Shown one piece after another: positions 1 through 8,582 of a DNA stretch of 12,437 nucleotides. The stretch lies in NCBI GenBank assembly GCA_037381445.1, contig JARRQT010000242.1, positions 1 to 12,437 on the forward strand, written 5' to 3'. This DNA is from Calditrichia bacterium (lineage in GTDB: Bacteria > Calditrichota > Calditrichia > RBG-13-44-9). Made by a program: the position numbers and the translations under genes. Numbering within the stretch: the first letter of the stretch is position 1; the number at the start of each line of letters is the position of its first letter. A model generated the notes under the pieces. It saw only the letters and a list, made by a program, of their open reading frames with translations. It was not told where the DNA came from and did no database searches.

Positions 1-21
1 TTGCATAAAAGATAACGTGGC

Positions 22-27
22 AGGAGG
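22..27 (+). promoter_or_regulatory. Shine-Dalgarno site of the zinc-ribbon gene
   Basis: AGGAGG 5 nt upstream of TTG at 33. Confidence 0.8.
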
Positions 28-32
28 AAAAG

Positions 33-743
33 TTGAAAAAGGTAGTAAAAGAGTTAGTTGAATTGCAGGAAATTGACAGCCGGTTTGATGTGCTGCAATT
101 ACAAAAGGGCGATTTGCCAATGATGATAGAAGAAGCAGAACAGGACCTGAAAGACAAGCAGGACCGGAGAGATGAACTGCAGGAAAAGATCAGCAAAGGT
201 GAAGCGGACCGGCGAATGTTCCAATCCGAGATTGAAGCCAGCAAAGAAAAGCTGAAAAAATATGAAGATCAGCTGTACAGCGTTCAGACGAACAAAGAGT
301 ACGATGCCATATCTCTGGAAATCGACACCAAGAAAATGGAAGTCAGTGAACTGGAGAATAAAATTCTTCAATCCTTGGAAGAGGAAGAGGAGACCAAAAA
401 AATCATCGAAGAACTTGGGGGGGATATCGCAAAGCTGGAAGAACAGTTGAAAGATTACCGCGAGGAACTAAAAGAAATTATTGAGCAGACGGAAGAAGAG
501 GAAAAACGCCTGTCGAATGAACGGAAGAAAATTGTCGCGGAGATTGATGATCGTTATCTTCGTCAGTACGATCGGATCCGCAAGGCCAAAGACGGGCTGG
601 CGGTTGTCCCGGTAAAGCGAGGTTCCTGCGGCGGGTGCTTTTCTGCTATTCCCCCCCAGAAGATTGTTGAGATTCATGAGAATAACCGTCTCTACACCTG
701 CGAACATTGCGGGCGTATCCTGGTTTGGGTGGATGAGGATTAA
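33..743 (+). CDS. C4-type zinc-ribbon domain protein with long N-terminal coiled coil (DUF164 / HP0958-CT398-like)
   Basis: 236-aa ORF with a TTG start and AGGAGG at 22-27. E/K-rich coiled coil with the family-typical LQEID and TNKEYDA segments, YDRIRK..GLAVV, and C-terminal CGGC...CEHCGRIL zinc ribbon. Confidence 0.9.
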   Translation: MKKVVKELVELQEIDSRFDVLQLQKGDLPMMIEEAEQDLKDKQDRRDELQEKISKGEADRRMFQSEIEASKEKLKKYEDQLYSVQTNKEYDAISLEIDTKKMEVSELENKILQSLEEEEETKKIIEELGGDIAKLEEQLKDYREELKEIIEQTEEEEKRLSNERKKIVAEIDDRYLRQYDRIRKAKDGLAVVPVKRGSCGGCFSAIPPQKIVEIHENNRLYTCEHCGRILVWVDED

Positions 744-783
744 TATTTTTTCGGTTTGTTTTTTATTTGTAAAGAAGTTATCC

Positions 784-1240
<457 letters not shown>

Positions 1241-1443
1241 GGATAACCTATAAATTTTGACCTTCCTGGAATAAAGAATTAATAAAACAGTTGTAAGCTT
1301 GAGGTTTTTTGTAGGAGGCTTCTTGTTTTGCCAGATGTAAATTAAAGTAGGATCATCAGAAAACACTGCTGCTTTATCGCAGCAAACTGCATCAATGTAA
1401 ATTTGCCCGGCTGCTGCATCGAAACTTTTCCGGCAGCTATCTA

Positions 1444-1449
1444 TATAAT
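1444..1449 (+). promoter_or_regulatory. Possible sigma70 -10 box for the methyltransferase gene
   Basis: Perfect TATAAT 17 nt upstream of the ATG. No convincing -35 at 17-bp spacing. Confidence 0.3.
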
Positions 1450-1466
1450 TCAAAAAAGGAAAATGG

Positions 1467-2108
1467 ATGCCGACTAAACCGCAGGTTGAAATCACAGGAC
1501 TGGAGGCCCGGTTCTATGATCTGCTTTTAAATCTGATCTCTTTCCGCAGGTATGAGGTATTTATCCGCCGGGTTATTGCCGATTTAAATCTGAATGAAAA
1601 TGAAATTGTCATGGATTTGGGCGCCGGCACGGGAAAGAATGACAAGTTAATGTTTGATTATCTTGGTCCGGAAAGCAGGATATACGCTCTGGAGATAGGA
1701 GAGGAAATGCGTCAGCAGCTTGCCGAACTTCAGAAAAACGAGCCGCGCCTAGTCATTATCAACCAGCGCATTGAAAAGGCCTTCAGGCTGCCGGAACAAG
1801 CTTCGCTGGCATTTATATCTTTTGTCATCCATGGTCTCAGGCAGGAAGACCGGCTGATGGTAGTTCAGAATGTGGCTGACAATCTAAGGCCGGGCGGCAG
1901 GTTCTGTATCCTGGATTACAATCATTTTTCAGTGGATAATGCAGCATGGTACATACGTTTTGGCATCCGCCGTATGGAGTGCAAGCCGACCGAAGATTTT
2001 ATCGACCGGGACTGGCCGGCATTGCTGGAGGAGAAAGGATTTTCGGATTTTTCGACAAAAACCTATTTCGGCGGGATTGTCCGGCTGCTGTGCTCGGTGA
2101 AAAAATAA
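1467..2108 (+). CDS. Class I SAM-dependent methyltransferase (UbiE-like fold, substrate unknown)
   Basis: 213 aa with motif I VMDLGAGTG, acidic YALEI post-I, and LRPGGRFCILD. AAAGGA lies upstream of the ATG. Confidence 0.88.
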   Translation: MPTKPQVEITGLEARFYDLLLNLISFRRYEVFIRRVIADLNLNENEIVMDLGAGTGKNDKLMFDYLGPESRIYALEIGEEMRQQLAELQKNEPRLVIINQRIEKAFRLPEQASLAFISFVIHGLRQEDRLMVVQNVADNLRPGGRFCILDYNHFSVDNAAWYIRFGIRRMECKPTEDFIDRDWPALLEEKGFSDFSTKTYFGGIVRLLCSVKK

Positions 2109-2434
2109 AAGGTTTCTGGAATATTTAACTGCTGTAAGGATCAATTTTTAACTAAACCGGCTGCTGTAAAATTTATACGGGATTGTTTGCGAAAATCAAT
2201 TTCCGGTAATCAGATTTCAATAGCATTTTCTTGTTTTCAGATACTGGTAGTTCCAGGAGATGGGGAGAGAGAGTCCGGAATCGCCCTGCGGTTCTCTCTG
2301 ATATTTTTCATCCCTGAATAGGAAACAACAAATATCATTCTCTTTTTGCAAAAAATTTATCTGATTTCCATTTAGGAGAATCTGATTAAATTTTTTAAAT
2401 TGAATATTTGGATTTAGTCATAACAAGGATTCGA

Positions 2435-3805
2435 ATGAAAAATCAGAAATATGATTTGCTGAACGGCTCCATCTCCAAAACACTATTTGGCCTGGCGCTT
2501 CCCATGATTATTGCCTTTGGTTTCCAAACAAGTTTTAATTTTGTGGACCGCTATTTCGTGAGCCGTTTGGGAGACGTGGCAACCGCCGCCATCGGAATGG
2601 CTTTTATCATACAGCTGGTCATTATCGCCCTGGGCTCGGGGATGGGAATGGGGCTGAATTCCTTCATCTCGCGCAGCCTGGGTGCAAAACGCGAGGAAAG
2701 GGCGGTTTCTGCTGCCCTGCATAGTTTTATCCTGGCATTGGTGATGGGCATTGGCGTGGGTATTATGGGATTGCTGACCCAGCATGCTATTTTCCGCGGG
2801 CTGGGTGCCCATGGTGTACTGCTGGAATCCATCACCGGTTATCTGACCATTATATTTCTTTTTTCACCCATTAACCTGCTGAGCATGTTGAGCAACAACA
2901 TTTTTCGCGGATGGGGCGATACGGTCTATCCCATGAAATTCATGCTCACCGGCACGCTGCTCAACATCGCGCTGGACCCTTTGTTTATTTTTGGCTGGGG
3001 ATTTATTCCCGGAATGGGGATAAAGGGGGCCGCGCTGGCGACCGGAATTTCACGGTTTATCGCGCTGCTCTACGCTCTGTCCGTATTAATTCTCAAAGCC
3101 AGACCTGTAAAGCTGAAACTATCGTTCTTTCGTTATGATTGGTCAATTTTCAAAGGAATATTCCAGGTTGGCTTTCCTGCTTCCATCGGGCAAATTTTTA
3201 CCAGCTTTTCACTGAGCCTGGTATTTCTGATTCTGAAACCGTTCGGAAATGATGCCCGGGCCGCCTATACCATCGCTTTCACCTACGAGATGGTGGCTTT
3301 TCTACCGGTGATCGGCATCGGGCAGGCCATCGCCATTATGACCGGTCACAATTACGGCGCCCAAAAATATGGACGCATCCGGAAGATATATTTCACCGGG
3401 CTCAAAATCGCCATGGCGCTGATGTTCCTGGTGAGCCTGCTGATTTCAATAGCGCCTGCGCTGTTTGCAGGGGTGTTTGCCCAGTCCGCGGAGGTTCTCG
3501 GGATCACCGCCGATGCGTTGCGCATCATGGCGCCGGGCTATCTGTTTAATGGAATATTCATGTGCACAATCACCAGCTTCCAGGGCCTTGGGTTGGGAAA
3601 AAGCCAGCTTATTGCCACCCTGCTGCGGATGTTCGGACTTATGCTCCCGCTGGCATATTTCGGGGCACGGTATTTTTCCCTTAATGGTGTTTGGGCAGGT
3701 ATTTTGCTGTCCAATGTCCTTATTGCCGGAGTAATGCTCGTATGGTATAAATACCTTTATGATGAACATCTGGTGAAAGGAAAATTGAGAACATTATCCG
3801 CTTAA
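2435..3805 (+). CDS. MATE family efflux transporter
   Basis: About 12 hydrophobic segments with LALPMI..FQTSFNFVDRYFVSRLG, RGWGDT..PM, NIALDPLFIFG...MGIKGAALAT and GHNYGA motifs. ATG at 2435 (AAGGA at 2425-2429) is preferred over TTG 2408. Confidence 0.93.
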   Translation: MKNQKYDLLNGSISKTLFGLALPMIIAFGFQTSFNFVDRYFVSRLGDVATAAIGMAFIIQLVIIALGSGMGMGLNSFISRSLGAKREERAVSAALHSFILALVMGIGVGIMGLLTQHAIFRGLGAHGVLLESITGYLTIIFLFSPINLLSMLSNNIFRGWGDTVYPMKFMLTGTLLNIALDPLFIFGWGFIPGMGIKGAALATGISRFIALLYALSVLILKARPVKLKLSFFRYDWSIFKGIFQVGFPASIGQIFTSFSLSLVFLILKPFGNDARAAYTIAFTYEMVAFLPVIGIGQAIAIMTGHNYGAQKYGRIRKIYFTGLKIAMALMFLVSLLISIAPALFAGVFAQSAEVLGITADALRIMAPGYLFNGIFMCTITSFQGLGLGKSQLIATLLRMFGLMLPLAYFGARYFSLNGVWAGILLSNVLIAGVMLVWYKYLYDEHLVKGKLRTLSA

Positions 3806-4309
3806 GGATTCCAGGTCGGATTTCAGTCTATTGATTTTCCATTTGTTCCGAATAAAAATAATGCGGAAATGGTAAGATTTCCGGGCCCGAAGGACGGGCG
3901 GGGGGAGGCAAGAGAAAGTCAAATCTGTTTCCGCAAGGTTGGCAAGTGATGTGAGTCAATTTCAACGAACGGATCCTGCGGACAGAAACTTATCCCGAAA
4001 AATGTTTGCTCATCTGCCTTTCAGCTGATTATTCAATTTCCCCATACTTCACATGTTCAGATACAAAGGGTAGTAAACCATTATTTGCTTTTAGATTTTC
4101 CGTTTTACGCAACTTCTTATTTTCATTGGAAATCGGATAATAATTAAAAAACGAGATATACTTTTTAAAGTTTATTTTTATATTTATAGAATCCGGTCAC
4201 ATGAAGAAGTGAATTTGTAGCTTAAATTCAGCATGATGGAGTCCGCGGACGAGCGGGGAAATCATCTCGTATCCTGACAAGTGGTTGGCTGGAGGATTTA
4301 ATTCGTTCC

Positions 4310-7117
4310 GTGGCCCAGCCGCAGACTTTTGAACTGAAAAAAGGCGTTTATCAGCCTTACTTCATCCTTGAACTGCGGCCTGCCAACTGGGAAATCCTGC
4401 CCTATGCCGAATATACGCGTCTCGATGGCGAATCCGGCAAGGAAGTCAAATTGAGTGTGCAGGTTGTCGAATCCCAAAAAGTGAGCATCACGCAGGATGA
4501 ATTAAACGTTCTTTCTTCCATTTATTCCTTTACAAATTACGACACCCGGCGGCTTTTTAATTACGGGCAGCCTGTCGGTTTTCTGCTGGACTGGCTTCGC
4601 GGCAGCCGCCTGAAACTGCGGACTCCGGAAAGCAGAGAACCCAAAGATCTTGATTTTTATGATGAAACCGGAAATCTTTCTCTGGGAATATTTAAGCAGG
4701 GCGAAGTTTATATGCTCCAGCCCGCCATCGTATTCCCCGAACACACCATTATTCTTGAAGATCATATCGATGTGCTCAGCGCCAATCCCATCTACCTGCA
4801 TTACAAGCATACTCTGTATCGGGTTGAATCGAATATGGGGGCGTTCTTCTGGATCAATTTCCTGAGGCTGCAGCAGAGTGTGGAAATACCGGTTGATGAA
4901 CTCAAGGAGTTCATCAACATTTTCGTTCCCAAAATATTACCGGCAATTGACTGGACCAGTCTCGAAGAGCATCTGAAATTATATGAATTGCCTCTATCAG
5001 CCGCCAGAATCTATCTGTCCGAGCGCGCCGGGCAATTCACGGTTGACGTGAAATTCAAATATGAAAATCTTGAATTCCCGGCACAGCCTCTTTCTGAAAA
5101 ATCCCTTGCCACCCAGGGTAATTATCTGTTCGTGGTGAAGCGGGACAAGGAAAAAGAGAAGGAAATGTGCCGCATAATTCAAAAATACGGTCTGTTTTAT
5201 ATCCAGCGGCGCTGGCAGGTAGATCCCCAGTACAAAACACTGGATTGGCTGCGCACGCAGCTTCCCGAACTTGTCAAGCACGGCATCGAAGTCTATGGAG
5301 AGGAAAAGCTGGCCCGTCACCGCCTGCACCGGAGTCTGCCAAAATTGCATTTGAAAATATCCAGCGGCATCGACTGGCTGGATATCTTTTTCAAATTTGA
5401 ATTGGACGGCAGTACGATGAAAATACCGGATTTGAAGGAGCAGATCCGGCAGCACAGGAGATATCTCAAACTGGCGGACGGTTCAAACGTATATCTGCCC
5501 GACGATCTGCTCTCCCGTCTGCAGCAGTTTTTCGGATTGGTGGATTCTTCCTTGCCCGAAGGGCACCAGAAGATAAATCCAACAGCGCTGCCGCTGGTTG
5601 ATGAGCTGCTGCGGCTCGCTGACCAGGTTGAGACAGATGAAAAATATCGGGAATGGGAAAAGAATTATGAGAATTTTCAGAATATAGAACCGGTTGAAGT
5701 GTCCGAAAAATTCAGCGGGAAACTAAGGGATTATCAAAAAGCCGGATTGGACTGGCTCAGTTTCTTGCACCGTTTTCACTTTGGCGGCATTCTGGCGGAT
5801 GATATGGGTTTGGGCAAAACCGTGCAAGTTATTGCATTGCTTCGAAATTTGAAGGATCGGAAGGAACTGAAAAATCCGGCGCTTATTGTGGTGCCGCTTA
5901 CCGTGCTGTTCAATTGGGAAAATGAATTCGGACGTTTTGCGCCCGGCATGAAGATTTTGCGCTACCAGGGACAGAAAACCGATCGCGAGCGGATGGCCAT
6001 GCATTTTGATGACTATGACGCTGTCCTGCTGAGCTACGGAATTCTGCTGCAGGACCAGGAGTTGCTGCAGGAATTTAGCTGGGAATATCTGATTCTTGAT
6101 GAATCCCAGAAGATCAAGAATCCATCCACCAAGACATATCAGGCGGCGCTTTCTTTCCGGGTCGCCCATCGTTTGTGCCTCACCGGCACGCCCATCGAAA
6201 ATTCGGTAACCGATCTATGGGCGCAATTCAATTTCCTGAATCCCGGGATGCTGGGCACGCTGCAGCAGTTCGAATCCCGTTTCGTGAAGGAGGAAGACGA
6301 ATACCTGAACCGGCAGGCTTTGCTGAGGAAGATCATCTATCCTTTTATTTTGCGCCGGAGGAAAACGGAAGTCCTGAAAGAACTGCCGGAGCGCACCGAT
6401 ATTATACAACTGGTGGAAATGACCGATGTCCAGCAGAGCGTTTACAAAAAATGGATCAATTTCTACCGTGATCAGATTTTTGACCAGATGGAACGCGACG
6501 GGCTGCCCAAAACCAGGCTGAAAATCCTGGAAGCGCTGACCTATCTGCGGCAGGTCGCCTGTCATCCGGCCATTCTTGATAGTTCCGTTGGCCTGGATGA
6601 ATCGGGCAAAATTCTGCTGCTGGAAGAAATGCTGGAGGAAATTGTGGAGGAAGGGCACAAGGTCCTGATCTTCAGCCAGTTTGTGCGATTTCTGGGACTG
6701 GTGCGGCGGATAGTCGAGAAACGCGGCTGGATGCATGAGTATCTGGACGGCAGCACCCGGAAACGCAAAATCCCGATCGAAAATTTTCAGGAAAATCCGG
6801 ATATCAAGATTTTCCTGATCTCGTTGAAAGCCGGGGGGCTGGGGCTGAATCTCACCGCTGCGGATTATGTTATTCACTTGGATCCCTGGTGGAATCCGGC
6901 AGTGGAACAGCAGGCCACGGACCGCGCTTACCGTATCGGGCAGGAAAACCGGGTTTTCGTATATAAGTATATTGTCCGAAACTCGGTTGAAGAAAAAATA
7001 CTGCAACTGCAGCAGAAGAAAAAAGAACTGTCCGATACGCTGATCACTTCCGAGAAAGGATTAATCAAACAGCTTTCCGTGGAGGACCTCAAGGTTATTT
7101 TCCAGCCTTTGGATTGA
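4310..7117 (+). CDS. SNF2-family (SWI2/SNF2) helicase-like ATPase with long N-terminal region
   Basis: 935 aa with Q-motif LRDYQ, Walker A GILADDMGLGKT, Ia VVPLTVLFNW, II ILDESQ, III LTGTPIEN, IV VLIFSQF, V SLKAGGLGLNL and VI QATDRAYRIGQ. The SGIDWL segment typical of bacterial SNF2-associated regions precedes the ATPase. Start codon uncertain. Confidence 0.93.
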   Translation: MAQPQTFELKKGVYQPYFILELRPANWEILPYAEYTRLDGESGKEVKLSVQVVESQKVSITQDELNVLSSIYSFTNYDTRRLFNYGQPVGFLLDWLRGSRLKLRTPESREPKDLDFYDETGNLSLGIFKQGEVYMLQPAIVFPEHTIILEDHIDVLSANPIYLHYKHTLYRVESNMGAFFWINFLRLQQSVEIPVDELKEFINIFVPKILPAIDWTSLEEHLKLYELPLSAARIYLSERAGQFTVDVKFKYENLEFPAQPLSEKSLATQGNYLFVVKRDKEKEKEMCRIIQKYGLFYIQRRWQVDPQYKTLDWLRTQLPELVKHGIEVYGEEKLARHRLHRSLPKLHLKISSGIDWLDIFFKFELDGSTMKIPDLKEQIRQHRRYLKLADGSNVYLPDDLLSRLQQFFGLVDSSLPEGHQKINPTALPLVDELLRLADQVETDEKYREWEKNYENFQNIEPVEVSEKFSGKLRDYQKAGLDWLSFLHRFHFGGILADDMGLGKTVQVIALLRNLKDRKELKNPALIVVPLTVLFNWENEFGRFAPGMKILRYQGQKTDRERMAMHFDDYDAVLLSYGILLQDQELLQEFSWEYLILDESQKIKNPSTKTYQAALSFRVAHRLCLTGTPIENSVTDLWAQFNFLNPGMLGTLQQFESRFVKEEDEYLNRQALLRKIIYPFILRRRKTEVLKELPERTDIIQLVEMTDVQQSVYKKWINFYRDQIFDQMERDGLPKTRLKILEALTYLRQVACHPAILDSSVGLDESGKILLLEEMLEEIVEEGHKVLIFSQFVRFLGLVRRIVEKRGWMHEYLDGSTRKRKIPIENFQENPDIKIFLISLKAGGLGLNLTAADYVIHLDPWWNPAVEQQATDRAYRIGQENRVFVYKYIVRNSVEEKILQLQQKKKELSDTLITSEKGLIKQLSVEDLKVIFQPLD

Positions 7118-7429
7118 TGATTCCGGATGAACCTGATGCCTGTCACAGCGTCGGTCTGAAAAAAAGCCGGAAGGAATTTCACAGGAAAAGGCCGCTTGTT
7201 TTCTGCGGATTTTCGACTGATAGAAACCGGTATTCAACCTTCATTGTATTTTAATATTGCCGGATTCTGATATTTTTTTGAAAAGATTTTGTTTTTTAAT
7301 CCGGAAGTCTTAAAATTTTTACACAGGGAAGTGGGCTGAAATCCATACGAGATATTTTACTATTTTGAAATAGATTCCTTCGACTGGCATTTATAAGACC
7401 AGCCGACGATTTGGATTTCTTGTCTTTGC

Positions 7430-8581
7430 GTGGATGACGAAGTCCGCAATCTGGAGGCCTTGGAGCGTGTTTTCAGGAGGGAAAAGGAATTCTCCTTCAC
7501 CAAAACCACCGGGGCCCGGCAAGCGCTGGAAATCGTTCGTCAGGAACCAATCCATATCATCATCACCGACCAGCGAATGCCCGAAATAACAGGCATTGAA
7601 TTGCTGAACAAAGTGATTGGGATATCTCCGGATACGGTTCGAATCATGCTTACCGCTTATACTGAAATTCCCGAAATGCTGGATGCCATTAATAAAGGGC
7701 ATGTTTACGGCTACATTACCAAACCCTGGGATGCGAATTCGATTGTCACGCTGGTCCGGCAGGCGAAAAAGTATTACGATCTGCTGACCGAGAAACGGCA
7801 ACTGGACCGCGAGCTGGAAATAAAAAATGAACTTCTCAGGAAGAAAAATGAGGATTTGAAAAAATACAATGAATTGAAAAACCGCTTTCTGGTTATCACC
7901 AGCCATGAACTGCGGACGCCGGCCGCCATCATTACTGGCGCCCTGGAACTTCTCAACCAGCAGAAGGAAGGACTTGACGAACCGCTTCAGAAATTGCTGC
8001 GAAATGCACTGAACGGCGCTTTCCGGTTGAATGAAATCATCGAGACTTTTTTTGAAACCGTCCGGTTCAAATCGAAAGAGTACGCGCTGCACCCCGCAGT
8101 CATCGATCCCAGAACGATCATTACCCACCTGCTGGACCAAACCAAACAATATCTGATGGACAGAAAAATTGAGGTGGTGGAAAATGTGCCGTCAGGAATA
8201 AGGGTTATGGCCGACCAGCGCAAACTGTACCTGGTATTTGAAAATTTGATGAGCAATGCGATAAAATACACTCCGGACGGGGGAACAATTCAAATTGAGG
8301 CATACCGGAAGGAAGGCGATGCGGTTTACGTTTTCCGGGACAGCGGAATTGGCATCCCGGAAGAGGAACTGGAAAAAATATTCGACACCTTCTATCAACT
8401 GGAAAACATCCAGTATCACCATACCAGCAGACACCAGTTCATGGGAGGAGGCACCGGACTGGGATTGTCCCTGTGCAAAAGCATTGTGAGGGCCCATGGA
8501 GGGAAAATCTGGGCGGCCAGCGAGGGGACAGGCAAAGGAAGCAGTTTTTACGTCTCATTGCCCCTCTATAATAATCCATAA
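7430..8581 (+). CDS. Cytoplasmic hybrid response regulator / histidine kinase (REC-HisKA-HATPase)
   Basis: Receiver motifs (LC)VDDE, ITDQRMP, MLTAY and YITKPW; H-box SHELRTP; N-box ENLMSNAIKY; G1 DSGIGI; F-box IFDTFYQ; G2 GTGLGL. No transmembrane segment. The true start is probably upstream of 7430. Confidence 0.92.
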   Translation: MDDEVRNLEALERVFRREKEFSFTKTTGARQALEIVRQEPIHIIITDQRMPEITGIELLNKVIGISPDTVRIMLTAYTEIPEMLDAINKGHVYGYITKPWDANSIVTLVRQAKKYYDLLTEKRQLDRELEIKNELLRKKNEDLKKYNELKNRFLVITSHELRTPAAIITGALELLNQQKEGLDEPLQKLLRNALNGAFRLNEIIETFFETVRFKSKEYALHPAVIDPRTIITHLLDQTKQYLMDRKIEVVENVPSGIRVMADQRKLYLVFENLMSNAIKYTPDGGTIQIEAYRKEGDAVYVFRDSGIGIPEEELEKIFDTFYQLENIQYHHTSRHQFMGGGTGLGLSLCKSIVRAHGGKIWAASEGTGKGSSFYVSLPLYNNP

Positions 8582-8582
8582 T

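Noticed and set aside
2256..2280. GGAGATGG resembling the start of a fluoride riboswitch
   Set aside because: The complementary TCTCC strand and downstream TGATG...CCT pseudoknot elements are absent.
2408..2434. TTG start for the MATE gene
   Set aside because: ATG at 2435 has an SD-like AAGGA and gives a typical MATE N-terminus.
4210..4230. Inverted repeat TGAATTT-N7-AAATTCA upstream of SNF2
   Set aside because: Short and AT-rich within an AT-rich spacer, so it cannot be distinguished from chance.
6215..7006. 263-aa - strand ORF
   Set aside because: Antisense shadow of the conserved SNF2 helicase core with no recognisable domain.
4310..7117. SNF2 gene as part of an anti-phage system (DISARM, Zorya or BREX-like)
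   Set aside because: No cognate partner genes. The nearby methyltransferase is small-molecule type, lacking a DPPY/NPPY motif, and the neighbours are housekeeping genes.
7261..7304. Inverted repeat CCGGATT...AATCCGG upstream of the kinase
   Set aside because: Only 7 bp with a 30-nt spacer, and CCGG-containing words are frequent throughout the window.
7391..8149. 252-aa - strand ORF
   Set aside because: Antisense shadow of the hybrid kinase with no recognisable domain.
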